Shown here: in pieces, positions 26,640 to 41,876 of the stretch | Layout of the letters: the number at the start of each line of letters is the position of its first letter | How positions within the stretch are numbered: the first letter of the stretch is position 1 | Source of the DNA: Octopus vulgaris | Lineage: Eukaryota | Assembly (NCBI GenBank): GCA_951406725.2 | Contig: OX597814.1 | Location: 92,380,001 to 92,444,000 of the forward strand | Reading direction: 5' to 3' | Length of the DNA: 64,000 nt | Notes under the pieces: generated by a model | Database searches by the model: none | What the model was told of the DNA's origin: nothing | The model's input: the letters and a program-made list of their open reading frames with translations, nothing else | Program-made: the position numbers and the translations under genes

Positions 26640-27128
26640 AAATTCTGCTCGGGCAAGAGCAATGTGGATATCCACGTAGGGTGAAGTGTGAGCCATGAGT
26701 TGAGATTGAGTCTCTAAGTAGTAGTTGTCATTGCAGAGCCTGTATAGACGGAGGAATTGGGAGTAGGGGATGGAGAGCTTGGTGTAGGTAGGATGAGAGG
26801 AGGAGAAGTTAAGGTAGGAGTGTGATTCAGTGTGTTTGTAGTGTATGGGGGTGGTGAGACCGGAGTTATGTATATTGGCATGTCGAGAAATTCGACAGAA
26901 GAGTTAGAGATAGTGCAGGAGAATTCGAGGGCAGGATGGAAGGATGGGTCAAAGGAGAGGAAGGAGTTCAGATGTTCGCGGGAGAGTGAGGTCGATATAG
27001 TTTTCAATATAACAACTGTATAGTTCGGGAATGCGACCAGTGAATTGTGAGACTGGTTTCAACATATGGTCCCAATCTCGTTCCCATGGCCACTCCTGTG
27101 ACATATTGGTAAAACTCTCCCGCGAATA
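26640..27128 (-). mobile_element. Penelope-like RT fragment
   Basis: FAGEFYQYVTGVAMGTRLGP; FHPALEFSCTISNSSVEFLDM. Confidence 0.75.
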
Positions 27129-27170
27129 TACACACACACAAACACACACACACGCACACACACACACACG

Positions 27171-27206
<36 letters not shown>

Positions 27207-28629
27207 CATATATACACACACACGAATACCATATTTATGTGTATATATACATGTACACATATACATATACACATAAAGAGAGGGGGAGAGGGAGAGGCAG
27301 ACAGACTGACTGACAGAAAGAAAAAGGAGAGAGAGAAAGAAACAGACAGACTGAGACAGTGCGAGTGAGGGAGAGAGAAAATATATAGTTAGAACGCTGT
27401 TAATATTTCGCGTTTAAATGTAATAAAAATTCCTAAAGTTTGTGCACAGTTTTGCATACTATGGCAGCTAGGAACTAATCTATTGTTTTATTGTTTCACA
27501 CTTATATTTGTGAGTATTTCGAAACTATTCACTTTCCTATTCCTCTATAACGGGGAACTGTTAGTTTTTATAAACTTTCGATTGTAATTCAAACATTACG
27601 CAAATTATATATTCGTAGAGCTTAATATCCGAATATATTTTAGAAGTTTTAACCAATGTGAACGGGAAAGAATGAAAGAATAAATGAGTTTCTATTTTCC
27701 ATCATTTGATAATGTGAACTAACTTTCCAAACCTATGACTTTTTTTTTAAATAAGGAATTTCAATAACGATTGCATTTGATATATTTTGTGTAATATACA
27801 TTTGCCTCTCGGCATTGTTAATGATAGTGGTGGAACACTCTAAGTAAAATCGATTTTATATCATTATATACAAATTTAAAAGTGAAACAATAAAAGAACA
27901 GACTGTTTTCTATTTTCCATTTCATTTTACTTGAAACCTCATGCTAACCTTATGAGGATATTGGTTTTAACAGCGTAATTGCATTAAACTATTTAAATTT
28001 CAAACTATTCCTATACAATATACACAGTCTAATCTAAATGCATGACCTCATAACCGTTGCTTAAAATGCAACAATTGGAGATACTTGGTAGAAAAAATGC
28101 CTCTTAGAATATAATACATGCTGGAACTAAACATTGCAAGTAACTGAAGTTTCAAGGAAGACGAGAAGCCTGTGTGTTATCATAATGATTGCCTGTTCTC
28201 CGTCCAATCCTCAGCCACTTGTACGGCATGATAGAAACAACGAACTTAACAATAGTTAAAACCCCCTCACCTGCCAGCTACCACCAATTTTTGTTTAAAA
28301 TACTCTGCAATCCATGGCAGGCACGGATCTGGTACGTGGTGAACAGCCACTCTCATCATGAACTGCAGCTGCGGCTCTCAGTCAGGTGACTCTTCTCGCT
28401 ACTCATTGACATTGAACACCAAACGAACCACATAGAGTTCCAGAAAAAAAGAATTTCACACTAAGATCACACAATTGATTATAACTGACTAGTACAGAAT
28501 CATAACTTTTTTGATCTACTTGATTTTGATAAAGGTTCCTTCTCTAAAAGTATAGTGTTATTGTATAGTCTTTATCTTGAATTATTGTAACTATGCTCAC
28601 GAGTGGCAGCACTGCTCATTCTGCTTTAA

Positions 28630-28885
28630 ATACAGCATGGTCATGTCACAAGAAACTCCGGCCTCGTAAAAAAAAACAGTCCTTGAAAGCACAGTGGAAG
28701 GGGAACGAAAGCAAAGCGAGGCAAGGATAAGATGAGCTTTTAACATCAGAAAGTGGACAGGCGTCAATTTCGCCGACTCACAGAGAACAGCAGAAGACCG
28801 ACAGAAGTGTCAAAATCTGGATGCGACGTCGTTAATGAATACCCCAACAACCACAGGATCAAGGAATAGGACATGATAGATAGAT
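28630..28885 (+). mobile_element. RTE-like LINE 3' fragment
   Basis: GHVTRNSGL..LESTVEGERKQ..KWTG..AEDRQK; ends in (GATA)n. Confidence 0.65.
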
Positions 28886-29268
28886 ACTTACCAAGGAAGA
28901 AGAAACTTTTATTTCTCGATTTCCCAATGTCCTATCAGTTATTTCAGTTCAAGTGCCTTCGGTTTCTAGTAACACACGTTATGACTATCTCAGAGGCAAT
29001 CTCACAATATTACTCGAGTTGGTATAAGTTCATGTTTTCTTTTATGGTCGGTTCTATGTTGCATGATGACATGCAAGACAAACATTATTTCATCAGAGCA
29101 CCGAGGAGCAGAACAAGAAATGTTGACTACCTTCCTAAATAACGTTAGAAATGCTTCTATTTTGTTTCATATCAATTTCGAATTACAAGAAAATATACAA
29201 AGTAAAGCATACATTTTTAGTCACGAAATTAAACAATAAACTTTACACATCATAGAAGCCTGGATATA

Positions 29269-30535
29269 TCAGGTCATCCCATAAGTTCTGTCTGAATTTT
29301 GAATAAAGAAAACAAGTGATCAAATGTTGTATTTAATTGAAATTTAATCCTCGATGTACTTTCCCTGGTTATCTATGACTTCCTTCCATCTATTTACAAG
29401 CTTTTTAATCTCATCAATGTAAAACGTTTTTGGTTTCAAAACAAAGAACTCTGAAATGTCAGTTTCGACCTCCTCCTGACAACCGAAAGTTATGTCCCCC
29501 AAATGATACTGTAAACTACGAAACAAATGGTAGTCTGAAGGAGCGATGTCGGAGGAATAAGGTGGATGAGGAAATTTTTCCCCAACCAAGCTCTTCCATC
29601 TTCTGTGACGAGATCTTTGCAGTGTGGAGTCGCGCATTGTCCTGATGAAACATCAGCCCTTTTCGATTCACTAAAGCGGGTCTTTTTTTCTTCAAAGCTT
29701 GATTCAAACGCTCAAATTGCTGACAGTAGACTTGAGCATTGATTGTTGCATTAGATGGTAACAATTCAAAGTGAATTACTCCTTTCCAATCACACCAGAT
29801 AGAGAGAAGATCCTGTTTCCCATGAAGTTCCTTTCTCGGTTGTGTTTTTTTCCTTTTCACCAAGCCACTGTTTACGACGTTTAACATTTCGATAGCAGAT
29901 CCATTTTTCGTCACCATTCACAAGTCTATCCAAAAAAGGGTGAAATGAGTTCGCGAAAATTGAGAGAAGAGCAGATGTCAACTCGAGATTTACGGTTGCT
30001 TTCGGACAATTCATGAGGCACCCAGTTTCCAAGTTTGGGAACCATTCCAAGTTGTTGAAGAGGACGATGAACAGTTGTATGGTTTGAACTAAGATTTATT
30101 GCCAATTCTTCAGCTGATAATGCAGGATTTTCTTCAAGTAATGCCTCAAGGAGCTTATCATCAAACTCAACTGAACGTCCTGTTCGATCTTCATCTTCAA
30201 GGCTGAAATCTCCACTTTTGAATTTTGCAAACCATCTTCTGCAAGTTCTTTCATTCAAGCATTCTTTCCCATAAACTGAGTGTATGTTTCGAGTCACTTC
30301 GGCTGCAGAGTTTCCTTTTATATGTCTTAAATGCTCTTTGGATACTTCCATGTTAGAAAGGGTTTCAATCAAAGAAATGTTAATTCTATTATTCTGTAAT
30401 ATAATATTTAGTTAGATTAAATGTACACAAATGCATAAAAATAATTTTTAATTCCATTAGACATTCTAAAATACTATTAAATTTCATCCAATTTTAAAAA
30501 AAGTAAAATCGGACAGAACTTATGGGATGACCTGA
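29269..30535 (-). mobile_element. Near full-length mariner (D,D34D) with frameshifted transposase
   Basis: TIRs tcaggtcatcccataagttctgtc / ggacagaacttatgggatgacctga with TA on both sides; WVPHEL, GDEKW, HQDNA, HPPYSSDIAPSDYHLF; at least two frameshifts. Confidence 0.95.
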
Positions 30536-30609
30536 TATTTATTACTAGATATATAGAATATCTTGTAATTAAATAACTTATAGCAAGTGGAATGATGCCC
30601 TATCTCTGC

Positions 30610-30642
<33 letters not shown>

Positions 30643-31639
30643 TGCATGTGTGTGTGCGCGCATGTGTGTGAATACACCAACACTACATATTTGTGCATCT
30701 CCAGAGATTCTATCATCATTGCTTTGACAACTAAGGTGACATCTATACTTCGTGAGTAGCGTGAATAAGACCGAAAGATGTCAGGAGCTGACATATTATC
30801 CATTTGCTATATTTGCCTTTTTTCACATCCAGGGCATAAAATATTTCAACACTATTGTACTTCTTTTTGCTATGAACTGTGTTTCAATGTAATTTCTTTG
30901 AGCAGGATATTCTTCTCTAAGCAATTTTAATTTCCCACATCAAGCAATGGACAGTATTGTACATTTACTTAGTGATTCTAAGCAAATTTATCACTATGTT
31001 AAATATGTTAACACTATTTTATCTCATCGAATAGGGAATGTACTAATCGTTGTCTTATACCTTTGTGCTAATGTATTTGTTTAATGAAATCCTAACCGTG
31101 TCGGCAAGTGACTGCAAACACGGTAAATACGTCAGCTATTACAGGATATATTTGAACGCCTCGTAACCAGATAATCCAAAAAATGTTTAGATGAGGTTAT
31201 TTAGCCCAAGGTCCGGAATAACTGAACATGCCAGTGACCAAACGCGTTCTGTCCATGACGACTATGACGATAAAATATCTAACTAGATATATTATGTCTT
31301 CTAAATAATTTCTAAGAGTGTTAGATGTAATTGAAGAGTGGATAAGATGCTATTTCTATCAGGTCAAGATGCACGTAGAGACTACACCGTTGGTTCGAAA
31401 TGGATGACATTGAGAGTAAAATGTTTTAATAGTTTTAGCTTTCTTTACCTTTAACCAAAACTGAACATTTTAAATGAAAGAGGTTAGGTTGTAATGGTGT
31501 ATGATTAAACTTTAATTTGCATTTATTTTATATTGTTTAGTAGGAAATTTGCACGGTTTCAGAAAGAATTGTTGTTGCGTTGAAAAGAGAACATTGCATT
31601 GATTGAGAAAGTCTATAATCGGACTGGTGGGTTCAGAAC

Positions 31640-32382
31640 AAGAATTGAAACAACTAGTAGAGCGCCTAGACAAGACTTCCAATGAATTTGGCGAGAAAAC
31701 AAGTTATGACAAACTGCCTAAATGAAATCAGTACCAACATAAGCGAGAGTGGAGTTGCGCTTGAACAAGTGAAAAACTTCAAATGTCTTGGGGTAATAGT
31801 GAGTGACCAAAGTTCCAAGCACGAGGTGATGTCCGGCATTGCCAAAGCAATAGCAGCAATGTCCAAATTCAGAACACTGTAGAAAGACAGAAATATCTCA
31901 CTGAGCTCCAAAAAAGGCTAATGAGACCACTAGTGATCTTATTATTCCTGAAATCCTGTGATATATGGACACTGACAACAGAAATCGAAATAATTCAGAC
32001 TAAAGTGATGAGATGTTTCAAGAGATTTTTGGAAATATCATACAGAGATCGTGTCACAAATGGGGAAGTGAAAAGAAGAATAAGGTAGGCAATAGGGCCC
32101 TATGAGGAACTTATTACCGCAGTAAAGAAATGCAAGCCCAAGTGGTTTTGGGCATGTCACCCGCCCATCAGGGATGGCCAAAAGAATCCTTCAGGGAACA
32201 GTCAAAGGTGGCAGACGCAGAGGCAGAGAAAGGGGTAGAAAAACATTTGTGAGTGGACAGGTCTAAAGGTGAGAGATGCAGTGGGAGATGCAGAAGACAG
32301 AGACGGGCGGAGGGATCTAGTCGCAGACATCAGTGGTGCCCCAACTGTCAGTAATACTACGGGATATGTAATGTAATGTAAT
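31640..32382 (+). mobile_element. RTE-clade LINE 3' part
   Basis: FKCLGVIV..DRNISLSSK..WTLT..ISYRDRVTNGEV..GHVTRPSGMAKRILQGTVKGGRRRGR..AEDR; (TGTAA)n tail. Confidence 0.85.
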
Positions 32383-33177
32383 AATCAATGATATCCAAGC
32401 AGTGACATTCCCGCAAAGTTTTTCAGACATAGTATACTAAATGCATCCTTTTTTATTTAGAAATTCTTCGCAGTCACTCAATCTTCAAGAAATAGCAGCT
32501 AAGTCTTCCTCAGAGCACACGTAAACAAATTTTCTCACAGCCAGTAAGTATTTAAAGAAAGCTATCAGATTTTCATGAAATGGTAAGAAAATGTGTTAAT
32601 TAAATATTTCTTTTTCTTTTTCGTGGTTATTAAATTTGCTTTGATTATTGATTTCTGTGGACGAGTAACATAACCAATATTTATAGTTGTATAATCTACT
32701 GAACTGGGTGATGTATAGTTCCGAAATTATTTTATCGTCACAGAAATAACGAAATACAATATAGTGCCAATGTATAAAAACTAAAACAAAATAATTATTG
32801 TGAATCATTTGGTGCTACAGTTTCTGACTACTCGCGTCGATTTCATATCGATTTTAAGTGTATTATTTGATCTAGCCTTAGAGTTATATACTTCCAGCGA
32901 AGGAAATTATATCACAAAATGTATTTGCGATAGGTCAAGAGCTGAATTTTAAGGGAAATGACATGTCAGTTCAACTTTCTTTCTACTTCCAGCGTTGGAA
33001 GTAAATTAAAACTGTCATAAACTGACAAGATTCAAAACAAGACTCATTACTATCTACCAGCAGGTTGCTCTAGAAATTCCTTGTACATAGTAAAGCAGTA
33101 ATAAGCTCATTGTGAGGTTGTATGAACAAGCTTCGAATGTAAATATTTCTTTTATACTACAAAATGCCTGGCCAAGA

Positions 33178-33222
<45 letters not shown>

Positions 33223-36089
33223 TATGTTCATTCTAAATATGATTCCATGCTTATTTACTGGAAAAGGAAACAATTATCTAGCCAAATACGTAAGCCTCAA
33301 GGAAATCGGACAAGGTAGTATAACAAACACACTTATAAATTTCTAGATATCTTTAAAAGGTAATCAGGTGACTTCATCCATATTTTAGAAAGCAGCCCTA
33401 ACAACAAAAAGAGAACGGTCCAAGATTGAAGTTAATGGTGCCGATCAGTGACTACTTCTATACCAATTCTTTCTCCCCTTTGAGTTGGTTGTATAATCTC
33501 AAAAAGAAAAGTACTTCGCTATTTCTCGTTTTGAATCATGAGCCCTTTTATCTCTTTTTGTTTGTTTTTTGTTTGTTTGGTTTTTTTAATTACTACCACA
33601 ATCCACTAAAGATTCACTTTATATATCTACATATAATTTCCATGGAGACAGCATAGCTGATGTTGCCGATTGAGAACCCCTGAGCTGTTTTTTCGATACC
33701 TCACACTATGTCGTATCGTCAGAGCTAGGTTACATGCTCTAAGGCTTGCAAATACAAAAATGTGCTATTATTCTTTCTTAACATATTTTTAACTAGAATT
33801 TTATCCTGGTGCTTTTCAGTTGTTGCTTTTTGTTTTGTTTTGCTTTGTTTTTGTTTTTGGTCTTCTTTCTTTTTACAATATCTAGACTATCTTTTGCGTC
33901 ATTCATTGTGCCTCACGTTCTATGCTTATTTTATTTATGCATTTTCTTACAGTCTTCACCACAGGTGATTTCTTCGCAGCCATTATCCTCCCCAGAATTC
34001 TACTTCTCATGCTACTGGAGCTGGGGGTTTGTTGATTTTTACTTAATTCTTCCTACTTCTTGATTTTTTTTTTCACAGTGTCGCTATCGTTTTTTTATCA
34101 AAATATACTTCACGATTTAGTGAGGGTTCCTTGTTTCCTGCCCTTTCCGACTACCGATACTTCTGTACTATTTGTCTCCCTTTACTCAACTGCGTCGTTT
34201 CAATGTTGATTTCCTTAAGGCCTGAAAGCTTGAGAGGTATTTCTCTTACTATCTTTTTTTTTTATTATTTGTCTTCCATGTTGTTTACTTGAGTTCAAAA
34301 TTCCTATATGAGTAGATCTGAGAAATTCGCTACTTTGTTTTGTACTTGCGTATATTATGTCGTTTGACATGACAATGTTGCTATTTATGCTTTTTTACAT
34401 AATTTTATATTTGCTAGCTTTACACTTTTTATCGGTATTGCAATTTTTATGACTGGCTTTTGTCCAAAAGTTTGTTTTTCTTCTCAAAGGTAAAATGTTT
34501 ATCTCTTGCAGTTTACTTTCCTTTTTACTTCTTTCTTGAGTTTTGAAATTTATTGCAGGTATTAAAAAAAACTATTCAGCTCTGGCGTCTTTGGTGTCGT
34601 AGTTGAAGGAGACATCCACAATTGTTATTGTGGCATGAATGTAAACAACAACAAACCTTACAAAGTAAAAGTTCAATTTAAAAAGATATGGATTCCAACA
34701 TGAGAAAGCAAATTCTTTCAGAACTATCGTGAGTAACAAAACTCAATATTAACAATAGGACTTTGAGCAATAAAAATAGGAAAAATATTACGTATGTTAG
34801 CAGAAATTACAACAATAGGAACAATGACACAGCAACATACTTTGTCAGTGTCGCTGGGGAGGACAATGAATTGCAATTGCTATACATTAAGATAAAAATA
34901 AATAAGATATATGGTGCATTGCGAAAAGTTACAGCTCTTTGCTTCAGGAATTAATAGAAAAAAGGGGAAAATGGAAAAAGGGCAGCGACTTATCTCTGTT
35001 TCTCACTGACAAGTAGCCAGAGCTTTGACATGCATCGATAAATCTAATACGGAAATCGATAAAGCGGACTGAAAGAAAAACGATATACATATATCAAGTT
35101 ATAGATTTGTTTCCTGATAATTGGGTGAAAAAACGTGAGGATCAAGATCATGATACATGATACATGAGTGAGAAAATAGACTCATGCCTGTTTATGACTT
35201 TCGTGAAATATTATGAGTTGAGATAATCACTAAAAGTATTGGTCGGGAGTCGGAATACAACATTGAATCTTAATAATTCTCACGGATCATAAGGCCATCC
35301 GAGCAATAGGTTCCATCAGGTTTTTAACCCTTGGATCGGTCAGTCTCGTATTGTTGGACAGAAAATTCAGGTGCAACATATATTATAGGAAAACCACGTT
35401 AAGGCTTCCTACACAGCAAAAACAGAGCATAAAGAGAAGGGAAAAACAAGAGCAGACAACAAATGACGCCATTTGCAACTCAACAGATCCCTGAACTACA
35501 AAGCACAGAGTCCCTGGCGTCACCAGTGCTTTTCTAAAGATATCCTGATACCATCAGTACTTTTCTTAATATGGCCTGGTTAAAAGTGAAACCGCCTCAG
35601 CAGCAGCAGTGGCAATGAGGGTGAGGTGCCTAATAGTAAAGGCATCTCCTCATATATTATAAATCCAATTAGAAACTCAATCATTGTTTCCAATTTATCG
35701 TCTTTCTATGACGTGGAGAAAACTGAACATGGGATCACTAGTCAACAAAGTGACGAGAAGGTCAGGAAAGGGCCAAACCAAGTCTAAAGACTAGGTCAGT
35801 CATGCTCACTCATAGAAAGTCTGCCAGCCGCCCACATTTTCTCGGCAGAGCTCTAAAAAAGTAAAAGAAATTAAAAATACTATTTCTGGTGGGGGTGAAA
35901 ATAAGGTGATTTTTCTGCGGACCTCCAGAACGACAGACTTTTGCCCGGGAAAATAACAGTAGTGTATCAATGGATAGAAATGCTCTATCTGTATCACGTG
36001 GGGGAAATTATTTGATGAGTCAAGTTCTTGACAGTTTACTGCCAGCTAACAATTCCAAAGGAAAATAAACCGTCGGTTGGCTATTCCTT

Positions 36090-36480
36090 TTTATTCTTCC
36101 CGATAACAATAATAGGATTAGAAATTTAATATTTGAATATTAGTAGTCTGAGACACCTAAAATTTTGATGACTGCATAATGACTTTTCACTAGATGTGAT
36201 AGTCAGCGGAGAAACAAGATTTTCAGACACTCAAACACTTACACTTCTCCTATCTGACAAGTATATGCCCCTTTTGGTTGAACTATGTTCTGTTGAATGG
36301 CTGTGTAATTTAAGAAAGATCTAAGTCTCGGGACAAGGACCATCTTCCGAGATCCAGGCGACATGTTAACGATACTAGACATGAATGGTAGCATAGGTGG
36401 TTCCCTGAAACTTTGGATCGTTTGTTCCGATGCATAAGAATTTTGTATTTTCTTTACAACCATGCACAGGTTCTATTTTT
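36090..36480 (+). mobile_element. Possible L1/Tx1-like APE endonuclease remnant
   Basis: LNI...LDVIVSGETRF resembles the N-terminus of LINE APE domains; many stops. Confidence 0.35.
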
Positions 36481-37390
36481 GTCAATATGAGATCTTGTCG
36501 ACTAAGACAAATTTGCTTTATCAGGTAGGTTTTTCAAGTAATGAATTCGCTTGCTTCATTATATAACCTCTTTTTGATATTAAAAAAATATTGTCTACAA
36601 AATAACTTTTCCTTTTATAGTTACTGACATATTTATATTTTTTATTCTATTTATGATTCAAGTTATTTTTATTATATATTTCTTCTGGTTCACTAGTTTG
36701 TGTAAATTGTGTTGACATGAACGTAGCTCACATTTTGACTCATTGCAATAGCATGAGCATAGATACGACTGCGTAGTTAAGTTTGCTTTACAACTACGTG
36801 GTTTCAGATACAATCATGGTGCGGGTAACTTGAAACAGTCTTCAATCACAACTACGAGTAGACTAAAGATTTGAGAAGGCCACCAGTTTATTCCTATTTT
36901 GAGATATTAGACTAAATATATAGCACGTTTTAATACAGCTACCTGACCCTTAGTTGTCTTTGTTGGAGTACTCTGCAGCAGAGTATTGTCCGCTGCAAGA
37001 TGCTAGCCAATGCACTTCCTTCCTCAAAACGATCTCGGAAAGGCGATGAATTGACACAATTTGTAAATCGTCTTACAGAATACTTTGCAGTATATGTTCC
37101 AGCTCTCTGCACCATAAATGCAAATTCCGCTGAGATCAACTTTGCCTGATCATATACTAGAGTGCATTATCATATACTGGAATACATGTAAACTTCTATT
37201 CCCCCGCTCAAAATTTTTAACCTTGATCCTAGCTCAGAAATCGTGAACTATTGGCAAAATTGTTAGAACATCGGAAAACCTACCGGCTGGTAATGTTCAA
37301 GTCCCATCTTCGCTCAACATTTTCTTTCCTCGTTTTGTATGTTAATAAATAAATTAGCAGTCAGGCGCTGAAGTTAATTTCTTTCTCTCA

Positions 37391-37455
<65 letters not shown>

Positions 37456-38014
37456 TTTCTCTCTATCTCTCTCTTCCTTTCTCTCTATCTCTCAACTATG
37501 TGAAAGTACCCGAAAAGAAACTTTGATATTGCATCCCCACAAATCCTTTGACTACCATTTTGTGGGCACTGAAAAAGAGAAAAACCGATCACTAAGATCC
37601 TTAAAAAGACATGGGCACAGCCTGTATGTTTCTCTGACGAAAATCGAAAGAGAGGGATTTCATGAAATTTGATTCCTCATCTTTATATACCACTACATAG
37701 AATCGATAGATTTAATTCCAAGACACAAATTATATAGTATTAGATATCAGAGGGAGTTGTAGCAAACTTGACTTTGTTGGTATTTGAATATAAATTCTAT
37801 CGGTACGTAAACAGTACGAAGCATTTACTCCGCAATTCATGTTCTAGCAGTAAAACGAAGCCACAAATATAGAGGATGTGCTGCAGTTGATATAACCAAC
37901 CCGAGTATTGTAACGGACATTTGTTTTCTTGATTCAAGAGGAATAAAAAGCATAACTATGATTTCTTGCAGAGCAACGAAACCAGAAAGTTGATGAGATG
38001 TGAGGGTCAATTAC

Positions 38015-38395
38015 ATTGGTTTCAAAGTTTGGCAAAAGGCCAGCAATTCCGCAAAACGGTGTAAGTCGATTACAACGACCCCAGTGCTCAACTAGTATTT
38101 ATTTTATCGACCCTGAAAGGATGAAAGGCAAAATCAGCCTCGACGGAATTTGAACTGTACGTAAATACAGACGAAATGCCGCTAAGTATTTTTCCTAGCG
38201 TGCTAAAGATCCTGCCAGCTCACAGCCTTATGACAGTCAATTATATTGACTCCAGTGCTTGAGCAGTTTATTTTGCCCTGTAAGGAAGAAAGGCAGAGTT
38301 GTACTTCGCGGGATTTAAACTCAGAATAGAAAGAGCTGGAAGAAATATCGTAAAGCCTTTTGCCCTACCCTCTAATAATTCTGCCACTTCATCAC
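38015..38395 (-). mobile_element. Two SINE family A copies
   Basis: gtcgattacaacgaccccagtgctcaactagta...gaaaggatgaaaggcaaa; second degraded copy 38240-38390. Confidence 0.75.
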
Positions 38396-38916
38396 CATGA
38401 TCATGTTAGAATGCAAAGGATGGTGGATTAAGAATTATTCACTTACAGATTTATTTCTGCTAGCATTCAAATTTGAAACTATCTGCTAATGAAGTAGAAC
38501 AACCAGAAAGAAAACTATCTGATAGTATCGTTTAAACCTAAAAGCCAAAACTCTAATTTAATAAAGGTGTTTACCTATAAAATTTAGAAAACAAATATCG
38601 ATTATTTTTTCAGCAGAGATGAAGGTGGCGAGATGGCAGAATCGTTATCACACAATAAAATGCTTCGCGGTATTTCTTCCGTCACTTTACCATCTAATTT
38701 CAAATTCCACTGCACTTGACCTTACCGTGCATTTTTTCGGAATCAACTTCCCCTCCCCACTAAAAATTCTCTAGCATCCCGCCCTTGGTATTTAAAAGTT
38801 TCTTTGCCTTTGCTGTATACCATAAAATATTTGTACCCGGTACTTCATCATTTCTGCTGTCTTTTGCAATAATAAATAATAATTAGCCAGATTTCTTTCT
38901 TCGGCCAAATACTCAC

Positions 38917-39067
38917 CAAGGTGTATTACAGCTGTGTGTAACTGTCATGTAGCGTACTCCTAGTTCATAAAACATTCTTAGAGTTCCTAAGCTGCTATCA
39001 ATTGAATGACCGCCTTCCAAACCAATTAAACTTGCAATTTTTTTGGCTTTAAAGGCATCCCTGATTC
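38917..39067 (-). CDS. DPEP1: Dipeptidase internal exon (151 nt) with the GLEGGH metal-ligand Glu and THSC
   Basis: Acceptor ctactttcag|GA ATC AGG; donor CCT TG|gtgagt; encodes [41 protein letters not shown]. Confidence 0.97.
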
Positions 39068-39343
39068 CTGAAAGTAGATAATTAATCAAATGTTCTATAC
39101 TTAGTAATTAATTACATATACATCTTTGATATTATATATCGAAAACATATTCTAATGCTCACTTACTCGCCAGAATGTTTCATAATAATCGTTATAACAT
39201 ATTCCCTTCATTACTGATATCTATATTCGTAAAGATTTATTTATTTCTTCATAGAGAACAGAAAATTAATGAATGACAAGCTAAAATGTAAATTAGAATT
39301 TAGGAAACAGGAGCCCATAAATCTTAAAGTAACAACAAAACCG

Positions 39344-39468
39344 CACACCTGGGGACACCCAAAAGAAAACATTACACGCACACACCGCAGACATACATAC
39401 ACCTGGAGATACCCAAATGAAAACATCACACACATACACACAGCTGGAGACACTCAAAAGAAAACATC
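39344..39468. repeat. Three imperfect direct repeats of cacctggagacacccaaaagaaaacat
   Basis: Direct reading. Confidence 0.7.
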
Positions 39469-39997
39469 GTGGTTCAAACCCACACACACCAAAAAGAAGG
39501 AAAATCTTAATTCCTTTCTTAACAAGACATTCATCACAACATACACACCCATTAACACAAGGCTAGTCACATTCCGAATATATTGTAAGGACATTCAACA
39601 AAACAAACATACACACACAAACAGCTGAACATAAAACCCAAAAGTCAATGCTTTTAAGCCGCTCTCTCGGCAGGAGCCCAGAGAGATTTCTTTAGACAAT
39701 AGACAAGTACAACCCCTCTCTTTCTCTCTAACACCTTAAACCGTATACCAAACTATATATCTAAAGAAGACTTCAACGAAAACACTCCAGACATGTTTTG
39801 ACCTCCAAACAGAAGACAAGCTGTTTTTACTTCAAATTTTTATAAATTTTTAAATCATTTTATTTATTCTTTCTAAATTGAAATGTCTTAGATTTACTTT
39901 TGTGCCATTTCTACTACCATATTTTGCACACACACACACACAATATTTTACTCTTTTACTTGTTTCAGTCATTTGACTGTGGCCATGCTGGAGCACC

Positions 39998-40345
<348 letters not shown>

Positions 40346-40583
40346 TATATGTATATACATATATTTTCGAATTTTAACCAATCTATGATTTCAGCTCAAT
40401 ACAGGCCAACGATTGGTTAAAATTCGAAAGATTAAACTACGTTAAACTTACAAATTACAATTTTCTCAAGAAAGCCAAGAGAAAATTGTTTTATTTTGAC
40501 ACATTCTACCAGTATACGAAGTTTAAAAGTGTTTAGTTAACTAGAAACTATGTTGAAAACAGCCGTTCAAAAGGAAAATATCC

Positions 40584-41829
40584 TATATATATATATGTAT
40601 ATGTATATACATATATATGTATATGTATATACATATATATATGTATATACGTATATATATATATATATGTGTATATATATATGTATATACATATATATAT
40701 GTATGTATAGACATATATATATGTATGTATATACATAAATATATATGTATGTATATACATATATATATATGTATGTATATACATATATATATATGTATGT
40801 ATATACATACATATATACATATGTATGTATATACATATATATATATATGTGCATGTATGTACATATATATATATGCATTTATATACATATTTATATGTAT
40901 GTATATACATACATATATACATATATACATATGTATGTGTATACATATAGATATATGCATGTATATACATATATATATATATAAGTATGTATATACATAA
41001 ATATATATGTATGTATATACATACATATATATATATGTATGTATATACATACATATATACATATGTATGTATATACATATGCATGTATATACATATGCAT
41101 GTATATACATATATATATACATATGTATGTATATACATATGCATGTATATACATATGCATGTATATACATATATATATATATGCATGTATATACATATAT
41201 ATATATATATATAAGTATATACATATATATATATACATATATATAAGTATATACATATATATATACATATATATAAGTATATACATATATATATACAAAC
41301 ACACATATATATATACGTATATACATATATATATGTATGTATATACATATATATATATACGTATATACATATATATCTGTATATATATATATATATACAT
41401 ATATACATATATATATGTATATATATATATATGTTTATACATATATATATATATGTACATATATATATATATATATATGTACATACATACATATATATAT
41501 ATATGTATATACATACATATATATATGTATATACGTACATATATATATATATGTATATGCATACATATATATATGTACATACATACATATATATGTATAT
41601 ATGTATGTATATACATATATATCTGTATATATATATATATACACACACATATATATACATATATATATATATATACATATATATATGTATATACATACAT
41701 ATATATACATGTATATACATACATATATATATACATGTATATATGTGTATATACATATATATATATATATATATATACATATATATATGTATATATACAA
41801 ATATGTATATATATACGTATATATATATA

Positions 41830-41873
<44 letters not shown>
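40584..41873. repeat. 1.3 kb alternating purine/pyrimidine (AT/AC/GT) low-complexity tract
   Basis: Source of the 410, 335 and 289 aa IY/MY ORFs. Confidence 0.95.

Positions 41874-41876
<3 letters not shown>

Noticed and set aside
29344-30372. Active or domesticated SETMAR-like transposase
   Set aside because: Split over three ORFs with a small deletion; retains TIRs and TA duplication; no SET domain.
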